Below are positions 11,101 to 25,100 of a stretch of DNA of 64,000 nucleotides, in pieces (position 1 is the stretch's first letter; each line of letters begins with the position of its first letter). The stretch lies in the NCBI GenBank assembly GCA_964016885.1, contig OZ024747.1:30008001-30072000 (forward strand). Reading direction: 5' to 3'. The stretch is from Eledone cirrhosa (lineage: Eukaryota). Under the pieces are notes generated by a model that saw nothing but the letters and a program-made list of their open reading frames with translations, made no database searches and was not told the DNA's origin. The position numbers and the translations under genes are program-made.

Positions 11101-12568
11101 TTCAAAATACTGTGTAAAATGATCAATTTGTGAAAAACCTAAAAAAATCAATTTTAGAAGTCAGAAGTAAATATTTCGAAAAGTATAAAAAAATTGATTA
11201 TTTTAGGTTCTTCACAAATTGACAATGTTACACAATATTTCGAAAATTTGTTTTTTTTCAAAAAAGATTGATTTTTTTTCTATCGAAATATATACTTTCT
11301 GATTTCGAAAATTGATATACATTTTGTATTTTTCAAATATTTTTCAACGTGTTGAAACAGTGTATAAACGCATTCTTTTGAAAAAAAAACATTTTTTCCA
11401 AATACTGTGAAAAAACCTAAAAAAATCAATTTTAGAAATTAGAAGTAAATATTTCGAAAAGTGTAAACAAATTGATTATTTTAGGTTTTTCACAAATTGA
11501 TCATTTTACACAGTATTTCGAAAAATTGTTTTTTTTCAAAAAAGATTGATTTTTTTCTTTTGAAATATCTACTTTCTGATTTCGAAAATTGTTATATATT
11601 TTGTATTTTTAAAAAATTTTTCAACTTGTATGTATAAATGTATAAACGCATTTTTTCCAAATACTGTGTAAAATGATCAATTTGTGAAAAACCTAAAAAA
11701 ATCAATTTTAGAAATCAGAAGTAAATATTTCGAAAAGTATAAAAAAATTGATTATTTTAGGTTTTTCACAAATTGATCATTTTACACAGTATTTCGAAAA
11801 ATTGTTTTTTTACAAAAAACATTGATTTTTTTTCTTTCGAAATATAGACTTTCTGATTTCGAAAATTGATATATATTTTGTATTTTTCAAACACAATGTA
11901 TAAACGCATTTTTTTGAAAAAAAACATTTTTTCCAAATACTCTGTAAAATGATCAATTTGTGAAAAACCTAAAAAAATCAATTTTAGAAGTCAGAAGTAA
12001 ATATTTCGAAAAGTATAAAAAAATTGATTATTTTAGGTTTTTGATAATTATACACAATATTTCGAAAATTTGTTTTTTTTCAAAAAAGATTGATTTTTGT
12101 TCTTTTGAAATATCTAATTTCTGATTTCGAAAATTGTTATATATTTTGTATTTTTAAAAAATTTTTCAGCGTGTATGTATAAATGTATAAACGCATTTTT
12201 TCCAAATACTGTGTAAAATGATCAATTTGTGAAAAACCTAAAAAAATCAATTTTAGAAATCAGAAGTAAATATTTCAAAAAGTATAAAAAAATTGATTAT
12301 TTTAGGTTTTTCACAAATTGATCATTTTACACAGTATTTCGAAAAATTGTTTTTTTACAAAAAACATTGATTTTTTTTCTTTCGAAATATAGACTTTCTG
12401 ATTTCGAAAATTGATATATATTTTGTATTTTTCAAACACAATGTATGAACGCATTTTTTTGAAAAAAAGCATTTTTTCCAAATACTGTGTAAATTGATCA
12501 ATTTGTGAAAAACCTAAAAAAATCAATTCTAGAAATCAAAAGTAAATATTTCGAAAAGTGTAAACAAA

Positions 12569-15500
12569 TTGATTATTTTAGGTTTTTCACAAATTGATCA
12601 TTTTACACAGTATTTCGAAAAATTTTTTTTTTTCAAAAAAGATTGATTTTTTTTCTTTCGAAATATCTACTTTCTGATTTCGAAAATTGTTATATATTTT
12701 GTATTTTTAAAAAGTTTTTCAACGTGTCGAAACATAATGTATAAACGCATTTTTTCCAAATACTGTGTAAAATGATCAATTTGTGAAAAACCTAAAAAAA
12801 TCAATTTTAGAAATCAGAGGTAAATATTTCGAAAAGTATAAAAAAATTGATTATTTTAGGTTTTTCACAAATTGATCATTTTACACAGTATTTCGAAAAA
12901 TTGTTTTTTTACAAAAAACATTGATTTTTTTTCTTTCGAAATATATACTTTCTGATTTCGAAAATTGATATATTTTTCAAACACAATGTATAAACGCATT
13001 TTTTTGAAAAAAAACATTTTTTCCAAATACTCTGTAAAATGATCAATTTGTGAAAAACCTAAAAAAATCAATTTTAGGTCAGAAGTAAATATTTCGAAAA
13101 GTATAAAAAAATTGATTATTTTAGGTTTTTCACAAATTGATAATTTTACACAATATTTCGAAAATTTGTTTTTTTTCAAAAAAGATTGATTTTTTTTCTA
13201 TCGAAATATATACTTTCTGATTTCGAAAATTGATATACATTTTGTATTTTTCAAATATTTTTCAACGTGTTGAAACAGTGTATAAACGCATTCTTTTGAA
13301 AAAAAAACATTTTTTCCAAATACTGTGAAAAAACCTAAAAAAATCAATTTTAGAAATTAGAAGTAAATATTTCGAAAAGTGTAAACAAATTGATTATTTT
13401 AGGTTTTTCACAAATTGATCATTTTACACAGTATTTCGAAAAATTGTTTTTTTTCAAAAAAGATTGATTTTTTTTCTTTTGAAATATCTACTTTCTGATT
13501 TCGAAAATTGTTATATATTTTGTATTTTTAAAAAATTTTTCAACGTGTATGTATAAATGTATAAACGCATTTTTTCCAAATACTGTGTAAAATGATCAAT
13601 TTGTGAAAAACCTAAAAAAATCAATTTTAGAAATCAGAAGTAAATATTTCGAAAAGTATAAAAAAATTGATTATTTTAGGTTTTTCACAAATTGATCATT
13701 TTACACAGTATTTCGAAAAATTGTTTTTTTACAAAAAACATTGATTTTTTTTCTTTCGAAATATAGACTTTCTGATTTCGAAAATTGATATATATTTTGT
13801 ATTTTTCAAACACAATGTATAAACGCATTTTTTTGAAAAAAAACATTTTTTCCAAATACTCTGTAAAATGATCAATTTGTGAAAAACCTAAAAAAATCAA
13901 TTTTAGAAGTCAGAAGTAAATATTTCGAAAAGTATAAAAAAATTGATTATTTTAGGTTTTTGATAATTTTACACAATATTTCGAAAATTTGTTTTTTTTC
14001 AAAAAAGATTGATTTTTTTTCTTTTGAAATATCTACTTTCTGATTTCGAAAATTGTTATATATTTTGTATTTTTAAAAAGTTTTTCAATGTGTCGAAACA
14101 AAGTATAAACGCATTTTTTCCAAATACTGTGTAAAATGATCTATTTGTGAAAAAGCTAAAAAAATCAATTTTACAAATCGGAAGTAAATATTTCGAAAAG
14201 TATAAAAAAATTGATTATTTTAGGTTTTTCACAAATTGATCATTTTAAACAGTATTTCGAAAAATTATTTTTTTTCCCAAAACATTGATTTTTTTCTTTC
14301 GGAATATATACTTTCTGATTTCGAAAATTGATATATATTTTGTATTTTTCAAACACAATGTATAAACGCATTTTTTTGAAAAAAAACATTTTTTCCAAAT
14401 ACTGTGTAAAATGATCAATTTGTGAAAAACCTAAAAAAATCAATTTTAGAAATCAGAAGTAAATATTTCGAAAAGTGTAAACAAATTGATTATTTTAGGT
14501 TTTTCACAAATTGATCATTTTACACAGTATTTCGAAAAATTGTTTTTTTTCAAAAAAGATTGGTTCTTTTTTCTTTCGAAATATCTACTTTCTGATTTCG
14601 AAAATTGTTATATATTTTGTATTTTTAAAAAATTTTTCAGCGTGTATGTATAAATGTATAAACGCATTTTTTGCAAACACTGTGTAAAATGATCAATTTG
14701 TGAAAAACCTAAAAAAATCAATTTTAGAAATCAGAAGTAAATATTTCAAAAAGTATAAAAAAATTGATTATTTTAGGTTTTTCACAAATTGATCATTTTA
14801 CACAGTATTTCGAAAAATTGTTTTTTTACAAAAAACATTGATTTTTTTTCTTTCGAAATATAGACTTTCTGATTTCGAAAATTGATATATATTTTGTATT
14901 TTTCAAACACAATGTATAAACGCATTTTTTTGAAAAAAAACATTTTTTCCAAATACTGTGTAAAATGATCAATTTGTGAAAAACCTAAAAAAATCAATTC
15001 TAGAAATCAAAAGTAAATATTTCGAAAAGTATAAAAAAATTGATTATTTTAGGTTTTTCACAAATTGATCATTTTACACAGTATTTCGAAAAATTGTTTT
15101 TTTACAAAAAACATTGATTTTTTTTCTTTCGAAATATATACTTTCTGATTTCGAAAATTGATATATATTTTGTATTTTTCAAACACAATGTATAAACGCA
15201 TTTTTTTGAAAAAAAACATTTTTTCCAAATACTCTGTAAAATGATCAATTTGTGAAAAACCTAAAAAAATCAATTTTAGAAGTCATAAGTAAATATTTCG
15301 AAAAGTATAAAAAAATTGATTATTTTAGGTTTTTCACAAATTGATAATTTTACACAATATTTCGAAAATTTGTTTTTTTTCAAAAAAGATTGATTTTTTT
15401 TCTATCGAAATATATACTTTCTGATTTCGAAAATTGATATACATTTTGTATTTTTCAAATATTTTTCAACGTGTTGAAACAGTGTATAAACGCATTCTTT

Positions 15501-18500
15501 TGAAAAAAAAACATTTTTTCCAAATACTGTGAAAAAACCTAAAAAAATCAATTTTAGAAATTAGAAGTAAATATTTCGAAAAGTGTAAACAAATTGATTA
15601 TTTTAGGTTTTTCACAAATTGATCATTTTACACAGTATTTCGAAAAATTGTTTTTTTTCAAAAAAGATTGATTTTTTTCTTTTGAAATATCTACTTTCTG
15701 ATTTCGAAAATTGTTATATATTTTGTATTTTTAAAAAATTTTTCAACGTGTATGTATAAATGTATAAACGCATTTTTTCCAAATACTGTGTAAAATGATC
15801 AATTTGTGAAAAACCTAAAAAAATCAATTTTAGAAATCAGAAGTAAATATTTCGAAAAGTATAAAAAAATTGATTATTTTAGGTTTTTCACAAATTGATC
15901 ATTTTACACAGTATTTCGAAAAATTTTTTTTTTTCAAAAAAGATTGATTTTTTTTCTTTCGAAATATCTACTTTCTGATTTCGAAAATTGTTATATATTT
16001 TGTATTTTTAAAAAGTTTTTCAACGTGTCGAAACATAATGTATAAACGCATTTTTTCCAAATACTGTGTAAAATGATCAATTTGTGAAAAACCTAAAAAA
16101 ATCAATTTTAGAAATCAGAGGTAAATATTTCGAAAAGTATAAAAAAATTGATTATTTTAGGTTTTTCACAAATTGATCATTTTACACAGTATTTCGAAAA
16201 ATTGTTTTTTTACAAAAAACATTGATTTTTTTTCTTTCGAAATATATACTTTCTGATTTCGAAAATTGATATATTTTTCAAACACAATGTATAAACGCAT
16301 TTTTTTGAAAAAAAACATTTTTTCCAAATACTCTGTAAAATGATCAATTTGTGAAAAACCTAAAAAAATCAATTTTAGGTCAGAAGTAAATATTTCGAAA
16401 AGTATAAAAAAATTGATTATTTTAGGTTTTTCACAAATTGATAATTTTACACAATATTTCGAAAATTTGTTTTTTTTCAAAAAAGATTGATTTTTTTTCT
16501 ATCGAAATATATACTTTCTGATTTCGAAAATTGATATACATTTTGTATTTTTCAAATATTTTTCAACGTGTTGAAACAGTGTATAAACGCATTCTTTTGA
16601 AAAAAAAACATTTTTTCCAAATACTGTGAAAAAACCTAAAAAAATCAATTTTAGAAATTAGAAGTAAATATTTCGAAAAGTGTAAACAAATTGATTATTT
16701 TAGGTTTTTCACAAATTGATCATTTTACACAGTATTTCGAAAAATTGTTTTTTTTCAAAAAAGATTGATTTTTTTTCTTTTGAAATATCTACTTTCTGAT
16801 TTCGAAAATTGTTATATATTTTGTATTTTTAAAAAATTTTTCAACGTGTATGTATAAATGTATAAACGCATTTTTTCCAAATACTGTGTAAAATGATCAA
16901 TTTGTGAAAAACCTAAAAAAATCAATTTTAGAAATCAGAAGTAAATATTTCGAAAAGTATAAAAAAATTGATTATTTTAGGTTTTTCACAAATTGATCAT
17001 TTTACACAGTATTTCGAAAAATTGTTTTTTTACAAAAAACATTGATTTTTTTTCTTTCGAAATATAGACTTTCTGATTTCGAAAATTGATATATATTTTG
17101 TATTTTTCAAACACAATGTATAAACGCATTTTTTTGAAAAAAAACATTTTTTCCAAATACTCTGTAAAATGATCAATTTGTGAAAAACCTAAAAAAATCA
17201 ATTTTAGAAGTCAGAAGTAAATATTTCGAAAAGTATAAAAAAATTGATTATTTTAGGTTTTTGATAATTTTACACAATATTTCGAAAATTTGTTTTTTTT
17301 CAAAAAAGATTGATTTTTTTTCTTTTGAAATATCTACTTTCTGATTTCGAAAATTGTTATATATTTTGTATTTTTAAAAAGTTTTTCAATGTGTCGAAAC
17401 AAAGTATAAACGCATTTTTTCCAAATACTGTGTAAAATGATCTATTTGTGAAAAAGCTAAAAAAATCAATTTTACAAATCGGAAGTAAATATTTCGAAAA
17501 GTATAAAAAAATTGATTATTTTAGGTTTTTCACAAATTGATCATTTTAAACAGTATTTCGAAAAATTATTTTTTTTCCCAAAACATTGATTTTTTTCTTT
17601 CGGAATATATACTTTCTGATTTCGAAAATTGATATATATTTTGTATTTTTCAAACACAATGTATAAACGCATTTTTTTGAAAAAAAACATTTTTTCCAAA
17701 TACTGTGTAAAATGATCAATTTGTGAAAAACCTAAAAAAATCAATTTTAGAAATCAGAAGTAAATATTTCGAAAAGTGTAAACAAATTGATTATTTTAGG
17801 TTTTTCACAAATTGATCATTTTACACAGTATTTCGAAAAATTGTTTTTTTTCAAAAAAGATTGGTTCTTTTTTCTTTCGAAATATCTACTTTCTGATTTC
17901 GAAAATTGTTATATATTTTGTATTTTTAAAAAATTTTTCAGCGTGTATGTATAAATGTATAAACGCATTTTTTGCAAACACTGTGTAAAATGATCAATTT
18001 GTGAAAAACCTAAAAAAATCAATTTTAGAAATCAGAAGTAAATATTTCAAAAAGTATAAAAAAATTGATTATTTTAGGTTTTTCACAAATTGATCATTTT
18101 ACACAGTATTTCGAAAAATTGTTTTTTTACAAAAAACATTGATTTTTTTTCTTTCGAAATATAGACTTTCTGATTTCGAAAATTGATATATATTTTGTAT
18201 TTTTCAAACACAATGTATAAACGCATTTTTTTGAAAAAAAACATTTTTTCCAAATACTGTGTAAAATGATCAATTTGTGAAAAACCTAAAAAAATCAATT
18301 CTAGAAATCAAAAGTAAATATTTCGAAAAGTATAAAAAAATTGATTATTTTAGGTTTTTCACAAATTGATCATTTTACACAGTATTTCGAAAAATTGTTT
18401 TTTTACAAAAAACATTGATTTTTTTTCTTTCGAAATATATACTTTCTGATTTCGAAAATTGATATATATTTTGTATTTTTCAAACACAATGTATAAACGC

Positions 18501-19170
18501 ATTTTTTTGAAAAAAAACATTTTTTCCAAATACTCTGTAAAATGATCAATTTGTGAAAAACCTAAAAAAATCAATTTTAGAAGTCATAAGTAAATATTTC
18601 GAAAAGTATAAAAAAATTGATTATTTTAGGTTTTTCACAAATTGATAATTTTACACAATATTTCGAAAATTTGTTTTTTTTCAAAAAAGATTGATTTTTT
18701 TTCTATCGAAATATATACTTTCTGATTTCGAAAATTGATATACATTTTGTATTTTTCAAATATTTTTCAACGTGTTGAAACAGTGTATAAACGCATTCTT
18801 TTGAAAAAAAAACATTTTTTCCAAATACTGTGAAAAAACCTAAAAAAATCAATTTTAGAAATTAGAAGTAAATATTTCGAAAAGTGTAAACAAATTGATT
18901 ATTTTAGGTTTTTCACAAATTGATCATTTTACACAGTATTTCGAAAAATTGTTTTTTTTCAAAAAAGATTGATTTTTTTCTTTTGAAATATCTACTTTCT
19001 GATTTCGAAAATTGTTATATATTTTGTATTTTTAAAAAATTTTTCAACGTGTATGTATAAATGTATAAACGCATTTTTTCCAAATACTGTGTAAAATGAT
19101 CAATTTGTGAAAAACCTAAAAAAATCAATTTTAGAAATCAGAAGTAAATATTTCGAAAAGTATAAAAAAA
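12569..19170 (+). repeat. Tandem duplication of a 12-monomer unit (3301 bp)
   Basis: ORF offsets 12865/16166, 13685/16986, 14240/17541, 14782/18083 and 15058/18359 are all 3301. The private variant TTGCAAACACTG was seen only at ~14671 and ~17972. Confidence 0.93.
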
Positions 19171-22100
19171 TTGATTATTTTAGGTTTTTCACAAATTGAT
19201 CATTTTACACAGTATTTCGAAAAATTGTTTTTTTACAAAAAACATTGATTTTTTTTCTTTCGAAATATAGACTTTCTGATTTCGAAAATTGATATATATT
19301 TTGTATTTTTCAAACACAATGTATAAACGCATTTTTTTGAAAAAAAACATTTTTTCCAAATACTCTGTAAAATGATCAATTTGTGAAAAACCTAAAAAAA
19401 TCAATTTTAGAAGTCAGAAGTAAATATTTCGAAAAGTATAAAAAAATTGATTATTTTAGGTTTTTCACAAATTGATAATTTTACACAATATTTCGAAAAT
19501 TTGTTTTTTTTCAAAAAAGATTGATTTTTTTTCTATCGAAATATATACTTTCTGATTTCGAAAATTGATATACATTTTGTATTTTTCAAATATTTTTCAA
19601 CGTGTTGAAACAAAGTGTATAAACGCATTTTTTTGAAAAAAAAACATTTTTTCCAAAAAAATCAATTTTAGAAATTAGAAGTAAATATTTCAAAAAGTGT
19701 AAACAAATTGATTATTTTAGGTTTTTCACAAATTGATCATTTTACACAGTATTTGGAAAAATTGTTTTTTTTCAAAAAAGATTGATTTTTTTTCTTTTGA
19801 AATATCTACTTTCTGATTTCGAAAATTGTTATATATTTTGTATTTTTAAAAAGTTTTTCAACGTGTCGAAACATAATGTATAAACGCATTTTTTCCAAAT
19901 ACTGTGTGAAATGATCTATTTTTGAAAAAGCTAAAAAAATCAATTTTAGAAATCGGAAGTAAATATTTCGAAAAGTATAAAAAAATTGATTATTTTAGGT
20001 TTTTCACAAATTGATCATTTTAAACAGTATTTCGAAAAATTATTTTTTTTCCAAAAACATTGATTTTTTTCTTTCGGAATATATACTTTCTGATTTCGAA
20101 AATTGATATATATTTTGTATTTTTCAAACACAATGTATAAACGCATTTTTTTGAAAAAAAACATTTTTTCCAAATACTGTGTAAAATGATCAATTTGTGA
20201 AAAACCTAAAAAAATCAATTTTAGAAATCAGAAGTAAATATTTCGAAAAGTATAAAAAAATTGATTATTTTAGGTTTTTCACAAATTGATCATTTTACAC
20301 AGTATTTCGAAAAATTGTTTTTTTATCAAAAAAGATTGATTTTTTTTCTTTCGAAATATATAATTTCTGATTTCGAAATTTGATATATATTTTGTATTTT
20401 TAAAAAGTTTTTCAATGTGTCGAAACATAATGTATAAACGCATTTTATCCAAATACTGTGTAAAATGATCTATTTGTGAAAAAGCTAAAAAAATCAATTT
20501 TAGAAATCGGAAGTAAATATTTCGAAAAGTATAAAAAAATTGATTATTTTAGGTTTTTCACAAATTGATCATTTTAAACAGTATTTCGAAAAATTATTTT
20601 TTTTCCAAAAACATTGATTTTTTTCTTTCGGAATATATACTTTCTGATTTCGAAAATTGATATATATTTTGTATTTTTCAAACACAATGTATAAACGCAT
20701 TTTTTTGAAAAAAAACATTTTTTCCAAATACTGTGTAAAATGATCAATTTGTGAAAAAGCTAAATAAATCAATTTTAGAAATCGGAAGTAAATATTTCGA
20801 AAAGTATAAAAAAATTGATTATTTTAGGTTTTTCACAAATTGATCATTTTAAACAGTATTTCGAAAAATTATTTTTTTTCCAAAAACATTGATTTTTTTC
20901 TTTCGAAATATATATTTTCTGATTTCGAATATTGATATACATTTTGTATTTTTCAAATATTTTTCAACGTATGTATAAACAATGTATAAACGCATTTTTT
21001 TGAAAAAAAACATTTTTTCCAAATACTGTGTAAATTGATCAATTTGTGAAAAAACCTAAAAAAATCAATTTTAGAAATCAGAAGTAAATATTTCGAAAAG
21101 TTGATTATTTTAGGTTTTTCACAAATTGATCATTTTACACAGTATTTCGAAAAATTGTTTTTTTTCCAAAAACATTGATTTTTTTCTTTCGGAATGTATA
21201 CTTTCTGATTTCGAAAATTGATATACATTTTGTATTTTTCATATATTTTTCAACGTGTTGAAACAGTGTATAAACGCATTCTTTTGAAAAAAAAACATTT
21301 TTTCCAAATACTGTGAAAAAATCTAAAAAAATCAATTTTAGAAATTAGAAGTAAATATTTCGAAAAGTGTAAACAAATTGATTATTTTAGGTTTTTCACA
21401 AATTGATCATTTTACACAGTATTTCGAAAAATTGTTTTTTTTCAAAAAAATATCTACTTTCTGATTTCGAAAATTGTTATATATTTTGTATTTTTAAAAA
21501 GTTTTTCAACGTGTCGAAACATAATGTATAAACGCATTTTTTCCAAATACTGTGTAAAATGATCTATTTGTGAAAAAGCTAAAAAAATCAATTTTAGAAA
21601 TCAGAAGTAAATATTTCGAAAAGTATAAAAAAATTGATTATTTTAGGTTTTTCACAAATTGATCATTTTACACAGTATTTCGAAAAATTGTTTTTTTACA
21701 AAAAACATTGATTTTTTTCCTTTCGAAAATTGATATATATTTTGTATTTTTCAAACACAATGTATAAACGCATTTTTTTGAAAAAAAACATTTTTTCCAA
21801 ATACTCTGTAAAATGATCAATTTGTGAAAAACCTAAAAAAATCAATTTTAGAAGTCAGAAGTAAATATTTCGAAAAGTATAAAAAAAATTGATTATTTTA
21901 GGTTTTTCACAAATTGATAATTTTACACAATATTTCGAAAATTTGTTTTTTTTCAAAAAAGATTGATTTTTTTTCTATCGAAATATATACTTTCTGATTT
22001 CGAAAATTGATATACATTTTGTATTTTTCAAATATTTTTCAACGTGTTGAAACACAGTGTATAAACACATTCTTTTGAAAAAAAAACATTTTTTCCAAAT

Positions 22101-25100
22101 ACTGTGAAAAAACCTAAAAAAATCAATTTTAGAAATTAGAAGTAAATATTTCGAAAAGTGTAAACAAATTGATTATTTTAGGTTTTTCACAAATTGATCA
22201 TTTTACACAGTATTTCGAAAAATTGTTTTTTTTCAAAAAAGATTGATTTTTTTCTTTTGAAATATCTACTTTCTGATTTCGAAAATTGTTATATATTTTG
22301 TATTTTTAAAAAATTTTTCAACGTGTATGTATAAATGTATAAACGCATTTTTTCCAAATACTGTGTAAAATGATCAATTTGTGAAAAACCTAAAAAAATC
22401 AATTTTAGAAATCAGAAGTAAATATTTCGAAAAGTATAAAAAAATTGATTATTTTAGGTTTTTCACAAATTGATCATTTTACACAGTATTTCGAAAAATT
22501 GTTTTTTTACAAAAAACATTGATTTTTTTTCTTTCGAAATATAGACTTTCTGATTTCGAAAATTGATATATATTTTGTATTTTTCAAACACAATGTATAA
22601 ACGCATTTTTTTGAAAAAAAACATTTTTTCCAAATACTCTGTAAAATGATCAATTTGTGAAAAACCTAAAAAAATCAATTTTAGAAGTCATAAGTAAATA
22701 TTTCGAAAAGTATAAAAAAATTGATTATTTTAGGTTTTTCACAAATTGATCATTTTAAACAGTATTTCGAAAAATTATTTTTTTTCTCAAAACATTGATT
22801 TTTTTCTTTCGGAATATATACTTTCTGATTTCGAAAATTGATATATATTTTGTATTTTTCAAACACAATGTATAAACGCATTTTTTTAAAAAAAAACATT
22901 TTTTCCAAATACTGTGTAAATTGATCAATTCGTGAAAAAACCTAAAAAAATCAATTTTAGAAATCAGAAGTAAATATTTCGAAAAGTGTAAACAAATTGA
23001 TTATTTTAGGTTTTTCACAAATTGATCATTTTACACAGTATTTCGAAAAATTGTTTTTTTACAAAAAACATTGATTTTTTTTCTTTCGAAATATATACTT
23101 TCTGATTTCGAAAATTGATATATATTTTGTATTTTTCAAACACAATGTATAAACGCATTTTTTTAAAAAAAAACATTTTTTCCAAATACTGTGTAAATTG
23201 ATCAATTCGTGAAAAAACCTAAAAAAATCAATTTTAGAAATCAGAAGTAAATATTTCGAAAAGTGTAAACAAATTGATTTTTTTAGGTTTTTCACAAATT
23301 GATCATTTTACACAGTATTTCGAAAAATTGTTTTTTTTCAGAAAAGATTGATTTTTTTTCTTTTGAAATATCTACTTTCTGATTTCGAAAATTGTTATAT
23401 AATTTCTATTTTTAAAAAATTTTTCAGCGTGTATGTATAAATGTATAAACGCATTTTTTCAAAATACTGTGTAAAATGATCAATTTGTGAAAAACCTAAA
23501 AAAATCAATTTTAGAAGTCAGAAGTAAATATTTCGAAAAGTATAAAAAAATTGATTATTTTAGGTTCTTCACAAATTGATAATGTTACACAATATTTCGA
23601 AAATTTGTTTTTTTTCAAAAAAGATTGATTTTTTTTCTATCGAAATATATACTTTCTGATTTCGAAAATTGTATATACATTTTGTATTTTTCAAATATTT
23701 TTCAACGTGTTGAAACAGTGTATAAACGCATTCTTTTGAAAAAAAAACATTTTTTCCAAATACTGTGAAAAAACCTAAAAAAATCAATTTTAGAAATTAG
23801 AAGTAAATATTTCGAAAAGTGTAAACAAATTGATTATTTTAGGTTTTTCACAAATTGATCATTTTACACAGTATTTCGAAAAATTGTTTTTTTTCAAAAA
23901 AGATTGATTTTTTTCTTTTGAAATATCTACTTTCTGATTTCGAAAATTGTTATATATTTTGTATTTTTAAAAAATTTTTCAACGTGTATGTATAAATGTA
24001 TAAACGCATTTTTTCCAAATACTGTGTAAAATGATCAATTTGTGAAAAACCTAAAAAAATCAATTTTAGAAATCAGAAGTAAATATTTCGAAAAGTATAA
24101 AAAAATTGATTATTTTAGGTTTTTCACAAATTGATCATTTTACACAGTATTTCGAAAAATTGTTTTTTTACAAAAAACATTGATTTTTTTTCTTTCGAAA
24201 TATAGACTTTCTGATTTCGAAAATTGATATATATTTTGTATTTTTCAAACACAATGTATAAACGCATTTTTTTGAAAAAAAACATTTTTTCCAAATACTC
24301 TGTAAAATGATCAATTTGTGAAAAACCTAAAAAAATCAATTTTAGAAGTCAGAAGTAAATATTTCGAAAAGTATAAAAAAATTGATTATTTTAGGTTTTT
24401 GATAATTTTACACAATATTTCGAAAATTTTTGTTGATTTTTGTTCTTTTGAAATATCTACTTTCTGATTTCGAAAATTGTTATATATTTTGTATTTTTAA
24501 AAAATTTTTCAGCGTGTATGTATAAATGTATAAACGCATTTTTTCCAAATACTGTGTAAAATGATCAATTTGTGAAAAACCTAAAAAAATCAATTTTAGA
24601 AATCAGAGGTAAATATTTCGAAAAGTATAAAAAAATTGATTATTTTAGGTTTTTCACAAATTGATCATTTTACACAGTATTTCGAAAAATTGTTTTTTTA
24701 CAAAAAACATTGATTTTTTTTCTTTCGAAATATATATTTTCTGATTTCGAAAATTGATATATATTTTGTATTTTTCAAACACAATGTATAAACGCATTTT
24801 TTTGAAAAAAAACATTTTTTCCAAATACTCTGTAAAATGATCAATTTGTGAAAAACCTAAAAAAATCAATTTTAGGTCAGAAGTAAATATTTCGAAAAGT
24901 ATAAAAAAATTGATTATTTTAGGTTTTTCACAAATTGATAATTTTACACAATATTTCGAAAATTTGTTTTTTTTCAAAAAAGATTGATTTTTTTTCTATC
25001 GAAATATATACTTTCTGATTTCGAAAATTGATATACATTTTGTATTTTTCAAATATTTTTCAACGTGTTGAAACAGTGTAATAAACGCATTCTTTTGAAA

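Noticed and set aside
20758-20772. GCTAAATAAATCAA as an arm-conversion event
   Set aside because: The T is one base off from the position that would complement TTGATTATTTTAG, so it is an ordinary substitution.
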